Positions 43,892 to 55,110 are shown, counted from the first letter of the stretch. The stretch is 64,000 bases of DNA from an uncultured Methanomassiliicoccales archaeon (GCA_963695345.1 OY968769.1:2016001-2080000), one strand, 5' to 3'. Numbers and translations: made by a program. The notes: a model not told the origin generated them from the letters alone.

Positions 43892-43988
43892 ATCGGCGAT
43901 TCACCCCTCGTGTCCAGTAATTTAATCTCCGGGACCGTAACAAAATCTATTAGCCTTAGGGGCGATACTCTGCACAATCGGGGTTTCC

Positions 43989-44693
43989 ATGGACCAGAGG
44001 CCGAGATACAGGACGCACGTTAATGGGCTGGACGAGAACATAGGCGGCGGCATCCCCGAAGGGAGCGTGGTGCTCATCTGCGGGACCGCGGGAACGATGA
44101 AATCGTCCTTTGCCTATTACATGCTCTACACGAACGCCCGGGACGACGCCGTTCCCGGCCTGTACATCTCGCTGGAGCAGTCCCGGGACAGCCTTCTGCG
44201 CCAGATGCGCGGCCTGGGATTCCACGGAAAGCTGAAGGCGAACCTGGACATCCTAGACCTCGGCGAACTGCGCATGAAGATGGAAGGATCGAACTGGCTC
44301 GACACCTTCAAGTACGCCATCGAGGAGACCCGCAAAAGGATGAAGTATGACCTTCTGGTCATTGATTCGCTCGGCGCATTGACGCTGATATCGGGGTTCG
44401 AACGTCCCCGGGAGGAGATATTCCGACTCTTCGAATGGCTGCGCTCCATGAACATCACCACCATGGTGATATCCGAGATGCCCGTGGGCAACTTCCAGTA
44501 CTACGGCGGGGAGGAGACCGACTTCCTTTCCGACGGGATCCTGCACCTGAGGATGGTGGATGTCGGGGAGACGGACGTTCAGAGGCGGCTGCGGTGCGTG
44601 AAGCTCCGGGAGACCGACCATTCAAGCAGTTACTATTCCTTCTATTACAAGGACTCCAGCTTCTTCATAACCCGGGCCATCAGCGACCTCTAG
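43989..44693 (+). CDS. KaiC/RAD55-family ATPase
   Basis: GLDE.IGGGIP, variant Walker A GTAGTMKS, SLEQ, VIDSL, DGILHL and R.VKLR motifs. Confidence 0.85.
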   Translation: MDQRPRYRTHVNGLDENIGGGIPEGSVVLICGTAGTMKSSFAYYMLYTNARDDAVPGLYISLEQSRDSLLRQMRGLGFHGKLKANLDILDLGELRMKMEGSNWLDTFKYAIEETRKRMKYDLLVIDSLGALTLISGFERPREEIFRLFEWLRSMNITTMVISEMPVGNFQYYGGEETDFLSDGILHLRMVDVGETDVQRRLRCVKLRETDHSSSYYSFYYKDSSFFITRAISDL

Positions 44694-46906
44694 AAGTCCA
44701 GCAGGCTGCTCTGGCCCCGTTCCTTCCCTTTCTTCTTCGTTTCCGGTTCGTCCGGTTCATCGGCCTCTATCGGTTCCAAGGGCGCCTTCGTCGGTGCACC
44801 GACCTGCTTCTTGATGCTCGCCGCCAGAATGTCGCTGATCCCGATGACCTTGGAAATCCTTCCGGCATCGGCCTGGCGCAATGCCTCCAGTGTAGTGAAT
44901 CCCTTCTTGTACAGCGAACGGGCCCTGATCCTTCCCACTCCCTTGAGCTTGACCAGGTCCAGCAGTTCCGGCCTGACCCCGTAGGTAAGGCGGGTCATCA
45001 GTTCGGTCAAAGGCGGATAGGCATCCTTGTTGAAGATGTTGGACATCTCACGCATCGAGTATAGCAGCCAGCCTCCTATCTCGACCTTGTTACGGAGGTC
45101 CCCGGGTCCGATACCCAGCTTGTCCAGTATCTTGTCTTCCTCTATCTCCAGGGTCCAGTCCTCAAGGATGGTGGCGGTCTTCAGCTCAGCCAGGAAGAAC
45201 TCGTACTCGGTCTCGTCGTCCTCCGGCGGGTCGAAGATCAGTTCTCCCTCGCGTTTCATGACCAGGTCCTCAAGCCAATCCCTGTCGTTGCGTCTTATGA
45301 ACATGGTCTTCATGTCCGGTGTCGAGCAGACCGCATGGAACAGTCCGAACTCCTTCCCCGGCTTGTATCCCTCCAACGCCTGGCGCATGCGCACCGCGGA
45401 CATCGGGTCGATGTAGAGGTCGGAGACCCGGCGGCCAAAGAAGGTGGCCTTGATCGTCTGGTCCGGGCCGGTCTTGATCATGTCCTCCTTTTCCAGGAAC
45501 TCCAGGATGTTGTTGGCCGCCTCCTCGATGCCGACGATGTTGGCCTGGTGCGCGAAGAAGGTGGAGCCCAGGAAGTCCATCAGACCCTCCCAGCTGCTGG
45601 CGGTTCCGCTGGCGATGGTGGAAAGGACATGGCTTCTCATCACCGACTCGTTGCTGAGCTTGGAGATGACGTCCTCCGGCTCTCCCAGCAGATACGTGTC
45701 ACGAAGGAAGGTCAGCTCATCCTCCGATTTCGCCAGGAGGATCGCCTCCCCGTAGGGGTCATACCGGGGGCGGCCTGCCCTGCCGCACATCTGCTTGATC
45801 TCCATGACCGGTATCGGCACGTTCATCCCGTTGTCGAAACGATAGACGTCCCGGATCACCACCCGCCGGGCCGGCAGGTTGATCCCGGCAGCCAGTGTCG
45901 GTGTGGCCACTATACACTTGATCTTTCCTTTCTTGAACGATCCCTCCACCATCCGCCGCTGCTCGTTGGTCAGTCCGGCGTTGTGGAAGGCGATGCCCTT
46001 CTTGACGCAGGATTTCAGGGTGCGCCCCACCGAGGTGTGCTCCCCTTCCCCGTCGATCATCCTTTCCGTTTCCGGATCGAGCTCGACGCCTTCCGCCATA
46101 TCCTTCATGAATTTGGAGAACTTGACGGCCAGCGATTCGGTCGATTTGCGCGTGTTGACGAAGACGAGGGCCTGTCCCCCCTCCTTGATGGCATCCTTGA
46201 CCAGGCTCCAGACCGGGTCCTCCTCGAAGATGACCTTCCGGGTGCTGTTGTCGATGAACCTGACCGTCCCATCCAGATAGACCCCCTCCCTGAGCTTGAC
46301 CGGCCTCCAGCGGTTGGCGATGTGGACCGCGCCGAGCCACTCCGCCAGCTCCCGGGAGTTGTTGACCGTCGCCGAGAGGGCGATGATCTGAAGATCGGTA
46401 TTGAAGCGCTTGAACTTGGCCAGGGTGACCTCCAGTGTCGGTCCCCGGTCCGGATCGTTGATCAGATGGACCTCATCGGCAACGACCAGCGTCACTTCCC
46501 GGAGCCAGTCCGACTGGTGCCTGAGCAGCGAGTCGGCCTTCTCCGAGGTGGCGACGATGACGTCATAGGATTGTAGGCGGGAATCCGGTGAATCGAAGTC
46601 CCCCACCGAGATGCCGACCTTGACTCCGAGCGGCTCGAACTTCCTCAGGTCGTCGTACTTCTCCGTGGCCAGAGCTCTGAGCGGTACGATGTAGAGCACC
46701 TTTCCGTGACGTTCCAGGATGTGCTTCATCGCCGCCAGGTAAGCGATGAGCGATTTGCCTGAGGCGGTGGGAACGGCCAGCACAAGGTTCTTGCCTGCCA
46801 CGGCCACCGGAGCGGCCTCCGATTGTGGAGGATAGAGTTCGGTGATGCCATCCCTTTCCAGGATCTCGATGACCCCCGCGGGAAGATCTAGCTCCTTGAC
46901 GTGCAT
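44690..46906 (-). CDS. hel308: Ski2-like DNA helicase Hel308/Hjm
   Basis: PTASGKS, DEVH, SAT, TPTLAAGINLPA and QMCGRAGRP motifs; C-terminal HhH and PIP-like QSSLLDF. Confidence 0.95.
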   Translation of the reverse strand: MHVKELDLPAGVIEILERDGITELYPPQSEAAPVAVAGKNLVLAVPTASGKSLIAYLAAMKHILERHGKVLYIVPLRALATEKYDDLRKFEPLGVKVGISVGDFDSPDSRLQSYDVIVATSEKADSLLRHQSDWLREVTLVVADEVHLINDPDRGPTLEVTLAKFKRFNTDLQIIALSATVNNSRELAEWLGAVHIANRWRPVKLREGVYLDGTVRFIDNSTRKVIFEEDPVWSLVKDAIKEGGQALVFVNTRKSTESLAVKFSKFMKDMAEGVELDPETERMIDGEGEHTSVGRTLKSCVKKGIAFHNAGLTNEQRRMVEGSFKKGKIKCIVATPTLAAGINLPARRVVIRDVYRFDNGMNVPIPVMEIKQMCGRAGRPRYDPYGEAILLAKSEDELTFLRDTYLLGEPEDVISKLSNESVMRSHVLSTIASGTASSWEGLMDFLGSTFFAHQANIVGIEEAANNILEFLEKEDMIKTGPDQTIKATFFGRRVSDLYIDPMSAVRMRQALEGYKPGKEFGLFHAVCSTPDMKTMFIRRNDRDWLEDLVMKREGELIFDPPEDDETEYEFFLAELKTATILEDWTLEIEEDKILDKLGIGPGDLRNKVEIGGWLLYSMREMSNIFNKDAYPPLTELMTRLTYGVRPELLDLVKLKGVGRIRARSLYKKGFTTLEALRQADAGRISKVIGISDILAASIKKQVGAPTKAPLEPIEADEPDEPETKKKGKERGQSSLLDF

Positions 46907-47084
46907 GCTACAAACCGGTCTCCTTGGCCTCCCTTTTCGCAAGGGATGCCGGGCATAAAGCGTTGTCGATTGGAGGATTCGTCCAAGAAATCCGGGTTCC
47001 CTGGTACTTTTCGAAATGGTCCGTCAGAACCCCGATAAAATTGTACTGGATAGTGTCAATATCTGAATATTTTTTCAAATAGCC

Positions 47085-47091
47085 TTATATA
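47085..47091 (+). promoter_or_regulatory. TATA box upstream of lonB
   Basis: TTATATA ~40 nt upstream of the ATG. Confidence 0.5.
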
Positions 47092-47130
47092 GCAGCGCTG
47101 TTATGGGATGAATTTAGAAGCCGGTGTAGT

Positions 47131-49098
47131 ATGGTTGAAGAGAACCCAAAAGAAATAGCGAATCTTCCCGACGCAGAGACGTGGATAGAGACGCAGGATT
47201 TCACTACCACAGCGGACATCAAGGTCCCGGACAAGCTAGCCGACCAGGTAATCGGTCAAGAGGCAGCTGTAGAAGTGGTCAAGAAGGCCGCCGAGCAGAA
47301 GCGCCACGTGATGCTGATCGGAGAGCCAGGTACCGGGAAGTCGATGCTCGCCAAATCCATGACGGAGTATCTGCCCAAGAGCGAGCTCCAGGATGTTGTG
47401 GCATATCATAATCCAGACGATTCAAACGAGCCGAAGATCCGGGTGATCCCGGCCGGCAAGGGAAGAGAGATCGTCGCAGCCCAGAAACGCGAGGCCATGC
47501 AGCGCAAGCAGCAGAAGACCTCCATGGTCACGATAATGGTCTTCATGATCGTGGCGCTGACGTTGGTATTATACATAGCCAGCGGGATGCGGGACACGAA
47601 CATAGTACTGATCGGGATCATTGCGGCGGCGATCATTTTCTTCGCGATGCGCTACTCGGGCACCAGGCAGGAGAGCTATATGGTGCCCAAGCTGCTCATC
47701 ACCCATGACGATAAGGACACGGCACCGTTCATCGATGCCACCGGAGCCCACGCAGGTTCGCTGCTGGGGGACGTCAAGCACGATCCCTTCCAAAGCGGTG
47801 GCCTGGAGACCCCGGCCCACGAGAGGCTGGAGGTCGGTGCGATCCACAAGGCGTCCAAGGGCGTCCTGTTCATCGACGAGATCAACATGCTGAGGATGGA
47901 GTCCCAGCAGTCCCTACTCACCGCGTTGCAGGAGGGCAAGTTCTCCATCACCGGTCAGAGCGAGCGCTCTTCCGGAGCGATGGTGAAGAGCGAGGCCGTT
48001 CCCTGCGACTTCATCCTGGTATGCGCAGGCAACATGGATGCCATACAGGGCATGCACCCGGCGCTCAGGTCCAGGATACGCGGTTACGGTTACGAGGTGT
48101 ACATGCGCTCCACGATGGACGACACCGAGGAGAACCGCAAGAAGCTCGTCCGGTTCGTGGCCCAGGAAGTGGCCAAGGACAAGAAGATCCCGCACTTCGA
48201 CAAGAAGGCGGTAGCCGAGATCATCAAGGAGGCTCAGCGCCGCGCCGGCAGGCGGGGCCAGCTCACCCTCAGGCTGAGGGAGCTGGGCGGACTGATCCGG
48301 GTCTCCGGGGACATCGCCCGGGAAGAGAACAAGCCGGTGGTCACCCAGCAGCACGTGTTCGCGGCCAAGCGGATCGCCCGCAGCCTCGAGCAGCAGATCG
48401 TCGACCGCTACATCCAGGCGAGGAAGGACTACAAGAGCTTCAACGTCGAGGGTGACCTGGTCGGGGTAGTCAACGGTCTGGCGGCGCTGAACTCCGGCTC
48501 GAGCATGACCGAGCTGTCCGGCGTGGTACTGCCGATCGTGGCAGAGGTGACCCCGGCGCAGATCAAGAACGCCGGCAAGATCATCGCCACCGGCAAGCTC
48601 GGGGAGATCGCCAAGGAAGCGGTGGAGAATGTCTCAGCCCTGATCAAGAAGTACACCGGCGAGGACATCTACAACCACGACGTCCACATACAGTTCATCG
48701 GAACGTATGAGGGGGTCGAGGGCGACAGCGCGTCCATATCGGTGGCTACCGCGGTCATATCGGCCTTGGAAGAGGTCCCGGTGGACCAGACGGTGGCCAT
48801 GACCGGCAGCCTCAGCGTGCGTGGGCAGGTGCTCCCGGTCGGTGGAGTGACCGCCAAGATCGAGGCGGCGGCAGAGTCAGGGATCAAGCGGGTTCTCATC
48901 CCGCGCGCCAACATGAACGACATCGTGCTCGAGGAGCGCTACGTTGGGAAGATCGAGATCATCCCGGTGACGAACATGGGCGAGGTCCTGAAGTACGCGT
49001 TGGTCGGCGGCGTCAAGAAGGAAAGCCTGCTGAAGAAGCTGGCCGAGCTTCTGGAGCACAGTGCACCGGTCATCGCGGCGAAGCCGAACCTGCTCTAA
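47131..49098 (+). CDS. lonB: Archaeal membrane-anchored Lon protease
   Basis: GEPGTGKS, two TM helices inserted in the AAA domain, FIDE, EGDSAS and PVGGVTAK motifs. Confidence 0.97.
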   Translation: MVEENPKEIANLPDAETWIETQDFTTTADIKVPDKLADQVIGQEAAVEVVKKAAEQKRHVMLIGEPGTGKSMLAKSMTEYLPKSELQDVVAYHNPDDSNEPKIRVIPAGKGREIVAAQKREAMQRKQQKTSMVTIMVFMIVALTLVLYIASGMRDTNIVLIGIIAAAIIFFAMRYSGTRQESYMVPKLLITHDDKDTAPFIDATGAHAGSLLGDVKHDPFQSGGLETPAHERLEVGAIHKASKGVLFIDEINMLRMESQQSLLTALQEGKFSITGQSERSSGAMVKSEAVPCDFILVCAGNMDAIQGMHPALRSRIRGYGYEVYMRSTMDDTEENRKKLVRFVAQEVAKDKKIPHFDKKAVAEIIKEAQRRAGRRGQLTLRLRELGGLIRVSGDIAREENKPVVTQQHVFAAKRIARSLEQQIVDRYIQARKDYKSFNVEGDLVGVVNGLAALNSGSSMTELSGVVLPIVAEVTPAQIKNAGKIIATGKLGEIAKEAVENVSALIKKYTGEDIYNHDVHIQFIGTYEGVEGDSASISVATAVISALEEVPVDQTVAMTGSLSVRGQVLPVGGVTAKIEAAAESGIKRVLIPRANMNDIVLEERYVGKIEIIPVTNMGEVLKYALVGGVKKESLLKKLAELLEHSAPVIAAKPNLL

Positions 49099-49270
49099 AC
49101 CCCAATAGACCAAACCCATTCCATTCCTTTTCTTTCTGGATCTGCTCAGCAGGCCACGATCGGTCTCATTCCGTTGCGGAGATGGTCCGAAAGCCGAGAT
49201 TGAACCATGAGAACGCCCGCTCCGGTCGTTTTACCGATTTCATTTAATCCATATCCACCATTGGTCGGTC

Positions 49271-49609
49271 ATGGCAAAGGTAAGTCGTGTCCTCCGGGTC
49301 TTTCGTCTTCTGGTCGATAATTATGATGCCCAGGTCCATTATGGCCCGGGCGAGACTGGAGAGAAGACGACGAACCTGATCATCACATTGACCGCATACG
49401 GACAGACGATGAGCTTCAACCGGGGCAAGGAATTCCAGCTGTTCTGCGTCGGACGTACCCGGGAAGAATTCGGAGAGGTCCTCACCCCGGCGAACATGAA
49501 CATGCTATACCAGCAGCTGGAAGGGATCGCGAAGGAACACCGGCCTTACAGGCCGCATCAATCCTGTTGCGGCTGCGATGACGGCTCTTTGGAAATGGAA
49601 GATGAGTGA
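49271..49609 (+). CDS. Hypothetical protein
   Basis: 112-aa ORF behind a TTTAAT box; C-terminal SCCGC. Confidence 0.6.
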   Translation: MAKVSRVLRVFRLLVDNYDAQVHYGPGETGEKTTNLIITLTAYGQTMSFNRGKEFQLFCVGRTREEFGEVLTPANMNMLYQQLEGIAKEHRPYRPHQSCCGCDDGSLEMEDE

Positions 49610-49685
49610 ATCCCAATATGGTATTTTGGAAAAACGAACATGGGCCCCTATGGGGGCCAGTCCTGACTTCTAAAAGGTTAATGGC

Positions 49686-50231
49686 CTAGAGGAGCACGGC
49701 GAACTGATTTCCCAGGCTGTCGGGGACGGTGAACTTCATGCTCAGTACCTGCCCCATCTCCGGGATCAGCTTGACGATGACCTCGTCGTCGGCCGGTATG
49801 TCGAGGCCTGGGATGGTCAGCATCAGAAGCTCTCCCTTCTGGACTACGGTATCATCGGTTCCCGCGTAGGTGACCGTGGTGAAGAGGTGGGTGTTGTTCT
49901 CGAACAGGTAAGGGGTCTCACCATATTGCGTGGTCACGAAAATAACGATCTTGGTGAGATCTATCGGGTTGCTTCCAGGGGACAGTTTCATCATGAACTG
50001 CAGTTCTGAGAGGTTATTGACCGTATATCGTCCGGTAGCGTCCACGACCATGAGGCCGTCGCAGAGGTTCCTGACAGTATCTTCAGCCACCGCGGCTGCC
50101 TGGTCGCCGGTGTTGTTTACCGTGCCAAGTATCACGGAGCCTGCCGCTCCGGTGGTCAGTATTGAGGCGATGACGATCATCATCGATCCGGTCGCCATTG
50201 CCCCCCTCTTGTTATAAGACGCTTTCGTCAT
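49686..50231 (-). CDS. Archaellin/type IV pilin-like protein
   Basis: Class III signal KRG|AMATGSMMIVIASILTTGAAGSVIL; LSPGSNPIDL, GE...L.I and IPEMG motifs typical of archaellins. Confidence 0.75.
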   Translation of the reverse strand: MTKASYNKRGAMATGSMMIVIASILTTGAAGSVILGTVNNTGDQAAAVAEDTVRNLCDGLMVVDATGRYTVNNLSELQFMMKLSPGSNPIDLTKIVIFVTTQYGETPYLFENNTHLFTTVTYAGTDDTVVQKGELLMLTIPGLDIPADDEVIVKLIPEMGQVLSMKFTVPDSLGNQFAVLL

Positions 50232-50398
50232 GATTATCACGTTCGGATTTAAGAGATATAATCTATTCGCCTTAATTGAAGTATTATTATCATTATTGAT
50301 AATCATTGTGGATTAATTGACTTATCAAGTTTTTCAACTCAGAATGACATCCTGGAAAGTATTTTCCGGTCACCATTCTTATATCTCATCTACCATTA

Positions 50399-50987
50399 AT
50401 GACGTTGATCAGAAAATGGAGTACATCGGAGCATTTCTCGAGTTGCCTGCTGATAGGGCGGTTCCAACCATTCCACAAAGGACACTTTGAAGTGGTGCGG
50501 TCAATCGCCAAGAAATGCGACTCGTTGATCATAGGCATCGGCAGCGCGCAATATTCGCACACCTACGACAATCCGTTCACCGCCGGGGAGAGGCATCTGA
50601 TGATCTCCCGGGCATTGAAGGAAGAGGAATTGGGGGAGTATTTCCTGGTGCCGATCGTGGACATCAATCGCTATTCCGTGTGGGTATCCCACGTGGTCTC
50701 GCTCGTGCCGCCATTCGAGGTGGTGTTCACCAACAACAATCTCACCCGCAGACTGTTCTCGGAAGCGGAGTATCAGGTCAGGGACTCACCGATGTTCAAC
50801 CGGGAAACCTACTCGGGAACCGAGATAAGGAGAAGGATGTCCGAGGGGGATGACTGGAGGGACCTTGTGCCCAATGCCGTGGCCAAGGTGATCGACGAGA
50901 TCGACGGGGTCAACCGCATAAGGGACCTGACCCCCCGGACAAGGACGAAGGTGGAAGATGACTCTGGCGCAGGAATCTTGGGAATAA
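50399..50987 (+). CDS. nadM: Nicotinamide-nucleotide adenylyltransferase
   Basis: GRFQPFHKGH, GSAQ, NPFTAGER and SGTEIR motifs; true stop is probably TAA 50985-50987 once the extra base near 50976 is removed. Confidence 0.9.
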
Positions 50988-51426
50988 GGCCAAGGGCAGG
51001 GGGGTTACCATATCCCTGGCGGAATCGATCACCGGCGGTCTCTGCAGTGACCTGATCACCAATGTCCCCGGTTCGTCGGGCTATTTCCTCGGCGCCGTTA
51101 TCTGCTATAGCAATAGTTCCAAGGTCGAGCTCCTGGGGGTCAAGGAGGCGACCATCGCCTATCAGGGGGCGGTAAGCGAACAATGCGCCCTGGAGATGGC
51201 CGTAGGTGTCAGGAACCGTTTCCATTCGAACCTCGGCGTCTCGGTGACGGGCATTGCTGGTCCGGGGGGCGAGAGGCCGGGAAAGCCGGTCGGTCTGGTA
51301 TACTTTGGCGTCGATGACGGGGATAACATCTGGACGGAGAGGATGCTGTTCGAAGGCGATCGTGAGGCGATCAAACGGTCCGCGGCCGAGCACTTGATCG
51401 GACTGATCATCAAAGCGCTAGGCTGA
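50958..51426 (+). CDS. CinA C-terminal domain/NMN deamidase (PncC-like), one extra base near 50976
   Basis: Corrected translation MTLAQELG...AESITGG...VPGSSGYF...GAVSEQCALEMA...TGIAGPGG..KPVGLVY. Confidence 0.85.
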
Positions 51427-51505
51427 GCGGTCAGAACGGCGACCCTAATAATAACCCCAACATTTTTAATCAGAGTACCCACATAATGGTTCAGGATGGA
51501 AGGGT

Positions 51506-52351
51506 ATGGGTGCACCAGTGAAACGGATTCCGACAGGAGTGGCTGACTTCGATAATATAATCAGAGGCGGCATGCCCATTGGTTCCGTTGTCTTGCTCCT
51601 GGGAGACCTGGGAGCGGGCCAGCAAGAATATGTGCTGACCTCGGCGGCCAAGATATCCCTCATTAAGGAGAACCCGGATTCGGCCGAGTTCTTCCTGGGA
51701 CACAGCGTCAAAGGGCAAATGATGCCGGAGTCCATCCACTACATCACATTCTCAAGGTCAAAGGAGGACATCCTTCAGGAGCTGGAGCTGTCCTTCAACG
51801 AGGACTTCTATGAATCGTTCGAACGCAACGTGAAGTTCAAGGACTTTTCCTCGAAGTACTTCAGGCAAACGCTGGTTCCCAAGAGCTGGTCTGGGGACAC
51901 ATCCTCCGCCCTGTTCTCCAGCAACAGCGACGAGGAGGGAGTACTGGAAGGGCTGGTCAACTACCTGGACCAGAACGCCCCCCGGAGCATGGTGATAATC
52001 GACTCGCTCACCGACCTGGTGCTGAACCAGAAGATCGACCCCAAGGACCTGGTGGCGGTGCTCCGCGGCATGCAGCGGGTGAGCAAGAAATGGGGCGGCG
52101 TGGTCTATCTGCTGCTGACCAAGGACATCATCGACGAAAGGATGCAACGGATGATCACCGATTCGGTGGATGGGGCTCTGGTGTTCGAATGGAGCCGCTT
52201 CGTCACCTCCTCCAAAAGGCAGCGCTATCTCTACGTTGAAAAATTCATGAGCATCCTGCCCCACTTGGATAGGGCGCGCATCGCGAGGTTCGCGACCACG
52301 GTCACCGCGCAGAGCGGCCTGGTGGTCATCGATACGGAAAGGATCGGGTGA
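51506..52351 (+). CDS. KaiC/RAD55-family ATPase-like protein with degenerate Walker A
   Basis: IPTGVADFD..GGMP; GDLGAGQQE lacks the Walker A Lys; IIDSL, VDG and EKF motifs. Confidence 0.8.
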   Translation: MGAPVKRIPTGVADFDNIIRGGMPIGSVVLLLGDLGAGQQEYVLTSAAKISLIKENPDSAEFFLGHSVKGQMMPESIHYITFSRSKEDILQELELSFNEDFYESFERNVKFKDFSSKYFRQTLVPKSWSGDTSSALFSSNSDEEGVLEGLVNYLDQNAPRSMVIIDSLTDLVLNQKIDPKDLVAVLRGMQRVSKKWGGVVYLLLTKDIIDERMQRMITDSVDGALVFEWSRFVTSSKRQRYLYVEKFMSILPHLDRARIARFATTVTAQSGLVVIDTERIG

Positions 52352-53052
52352 GCAAAATGGACCGAGTAAAGACCGGAATAGACGGACTGGACGAGCTCCT
52401 GGAGGGCGGCGTCCCGAAATCGCACACATTCGTGGTGATGGGATCGTTCGGTACGGGAAAGACGACGTTCGGACTGCAATTCCTCAATCAAGGTCTGGCC
52501 AATGGGGAGAAGTGCATCTACATCTCCTTGGAAGAGGACCAGAACTCGATACTGGAGGATGCCAAATCGCATGGCTGGGACCTCAAGCCGATGATCGACT
52601 CGCAGAAGATGGTGATCGTGAAGCTCGAACCCACCGACGCCAAGACGACGATCTCGAGGATAAAGAGCGAGCTGCCCGACTTCATCTCGAAGTTCGGGGC
52701 GACCAGGATCGTGTTCGATTCAGTATCCTTGCTGAACATGCTGTTCGAGGACGAGCATGAGCGCAGGATCAACCTGTTCAACCTGTCCCAGATGATCAAG
52801 AAGACCAACGCCACCTGCCTGATGACCGCCGAGACCAAGGACGAGAACCCGTTGGCCTCCCGAGACGGTCTGGTCGAATACGTGGCCGACGGTGTCATAT
52901 CGCTAAGGTACGTGGACCGGGTGGAGAGGAGCGAGATGCAGCTTTCCTTGCGCATCATCAAGATGAGGCGGACATCGCACTCGAGGAAGATCACCCTCTA
53001 CGAGATAACCAACAAGGGGATCGTAGTGCACGCCGGCTCGGAGATGATCTGA
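52348..53052 (+). CDS. KaiC domain ATPase
   Basis: TGIDGLDELL.GG, GSFGTGKT, SLEE, FDS, EYVADGVI and IKMR motifs; GTGA overlap with previous gene. Confidence 0.9.
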   Translation: MSKMDRVKTGIDGLDELLEGGVPKSHTFVVMGSFGTGKTTFGLQFLNQGLANGEKCIYISLEEDQNSILEDAKSHGWDLKPMIDSQKMVIVKLEPTDAKTTISRIKSELPDFISKFGATRIVFDSVSLLNMLFEDEHERRINLFNLSQMIKKTNATCLMTAETKDENPLASRDGLVEYVADGVISLRYVDRVERSEMQLSLRIIKMRRTSHSRKITLYEITNKGIVVHAGSEMI

Positions 53053-53103
53053 GCAGAACCGGTCAGAAACAGCCTACGGCTGACCGGCCATCCAGGACGG
53101 ACA

Positions 53104-53391
53104 ATGGCTCGGTGGCCCGGTTCCTTGCCGGGAAGCGTGGCGGAGGAATCAGACGGGTCATCTGCTCATGGGAACAATATTGCATCGATTACGCAGGCCG
53201 ATGGCCCTCCGCTCAATGGGGCCGAGGGGGGTCCCTATGCCTATGACACGAACCTTTTCATATTGCACTCAGGGAACGCCACCGGCGATCTGGAGATTCC
53301 CAAAGGATTCTTTTACGTGGTTTTCTTCGGACACAACCCGACCACCGAACCATCCTCGGGAGTGTTCTCCTGGAAGATAACATATTATTGA
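53104..53391 (+). CDS. Hypothetical protein or gene fragment
   Basis: 95-aa ORF; C-terminal half looks like a beta-rich extracellular module. Confidence 0.35.
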   Translation: MARWPGSLPGSVAEESDGSSAHGNNIASITQADGPPLNGAEGGPYAYDTNLFILHSGNATGDLEIPKGFFYVVFFGHNPTTEPSSGVFSWKITYY

Positions 53392-53465
53392 ATGTTCCTG
53401 CGTTGTCGCACCATTAGGTACGAGGTTCCAGAAAAGAATATTAGTCACGTGCCGATTATTGGCCG

Positions 53466-54392
53466 ATGTCAGAGAAGAAGCTCTTCCGCGTCGGCAAGGT
53501 CAAGAAGGTCTATGAGGTCGACAATAACACGTTGGAGTTCGAGTTCACCAACAACATCTCCGTTTTCGACAAGATAATTCCCTCGGACATCCCATTCAAA
53601 GGAGAGACGCTCTGCCGTACCTCCGCCCATTGGTTCAAGCTCCTGAAAGAGAACGGCATCCGTTCCGATTTCATTGAGGTGAACGGTCCGAACCGCATGC
53701 TGGTCAAGCGCGTGGACGTCATTCCCGACTACAGCAGGCTGAACCACAAGACCACCAACTACCTGATCCCGCTGGAGTTCATCTGCCGCCATTACAACGC
53801 CGGATCCCTGAACGACAGGGTCAAGGAAGGAAGGATAACGCCTGAGATGATGGGGTTCCCCAAAGGGCACTCACCCGCCTACGGCGAGCGGCTTCCGAAG
53901 GATTTCATTGAGACCACGACCAAGCTGGAGGAGACCGATCGGGAGCTTACCCGAGAGGAGGCGATCAGGATATCCGGTCTGACCGAGAAGGAATACGATC
54001 ACGTTTTCGAGGTCATCGGCAGGATCGACGATATCATAGGGTCCGAAGTGCGAAAGCGCGGACTTATCCATGTGGACGGCAAGAAGGAGTTCGCCTTCGA
54101 TGGGAATCGTCAGCTGATGATCGTGGATACGTTCGGGACAGCCGATGAGGACCGCTGGTGGGATGCGGCGGAGTATGCCCAGGGTAAGACCATCGAGCTC
54201 TCCAAGGAAATGGTCCGGCAGTATTACCGGGACATCGGCTACCACGAGAAGCTGTATTCGGCCCGAAAGAACAACCTGCCAGAACCGGACATCCCTGCCC
54301 TGCCGCAGGACATGGTGGAGAAGGTATCCCAGATGTACATCGCCCTTTATGAGCGCCTTACTGGAGAGAAGTTCCGGCGGGTCGACGGTTAG
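53466..54392 (+). CDS. purC: SAICAR synthetase
   Basis: GKVKKVY, ISVFD, IPLEFICR, ETTTK, VDGKKEF and LSKE motifs. Confidence 0.93.
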   Translation: MSEKKLFRVGKVKKVYEVDNNTLEFEFTNNISVFDKIIPSDIPFKGETLCRTSAHWFKLLKENGIRSDFIEVNGPNRMLVKRVDVIPDYSRLNHKTTNYLIPLEFICRHYNAGSLNDRVKEGRITPEMMGFPKGHSPAYGERLPKDFIETTTKLEETDRELTREEAIRISGLTEKEYDHVFEVIGRIDDIIGSEVRKRGLIHVDGKKEFAFDGNRQLMIVDTFGTADEDRWWDAAEYAQGKTIELSKEMVRQYYRDIGYHEKLYSARKNNLPEPDIPALPQDMVEKVSQMYIALYERLTGEKFRRVDG

Positions 54393-54670
54393 GCTCACCC
54401 GAACGCCGGCATCCTGGGCGGATTCCATCAATACGACGGGACGGTCGTCCGATCCATTTAACTCATCGTTATGGGCCATCTTGGACTAACGCCTTCCGGA
54501 GGTGGATCTTCTCCAGCAGATCAAACCGCCATTCCGTTCCTCTAGGAATTTAGTATGATATCGTTGAGAAGGTAATAACCGAAAGTAACATGGTAAGATC
54601 ATTTCGACGCGGGTTATGACGGCCCGGTGGACCGATCGGGTCGGTCGTTGAACACTGAGCACCCCGCTGT

Positions 54671-55099
54671 TTATTCGAAAACGACCTCTACCAATTTGTT
54701 CCCCTCTGAGCACACCAGATCTCCCCGGATCTTCGATATTTTCATTTTGGTATGCTTCTCCAGCCCGATCGGATGGCAGATGCGATAATGGATACAACCC
54801 AGGGTACGGCATTTGACGTCCTCAAAGGAAATAGTGGAACCTTCCAGTGCGGCCTTCTTGCTGACCGAGCCCTGGATCTTCACCCTTTCGACCTCGGCCA
54901 CCCGTACTCCATCCTCGTGCATCTTGCACTCATGATGCACATCCCGGACGGATCTGATACGGTAACGGCCTCCCACATCAAGATTGAAGCAGACTGTCTT
55001 CAATTTGCATTCCTTGCATTCCGTGAGCGGCCCGCGGTAGACGAATTCGACGCCTTCCTTCGCCTGTCTCTCCCCTATCAATGTTACTATGACCATCAA
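54671..55099 (-). CDS. UPF0179 family archaeal Cys-rich protein
   Basis: VTLIG..A..G.EF.Y.G...C..CKLK.VC.NL..G.RY.I..VR...H.C..H pattern; adjacent to egsA. Confidence 0.8.
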   Translation of the reverse strand: MMVIVTLIGERQAKEGVEFVYRGPLTECKECKLKTVCFNLDVGGRYRIRSVRDVHHECKMHEDGVRVAEVERVKIQGSVSKKAALEGSTISFEDVKCRTLGCIHYRICHPIGLEKHTKMKISKIRGDLVCSEGNKLVEVVFE

Positions 55100-55110
55100 A
55101 TCACATCCAA

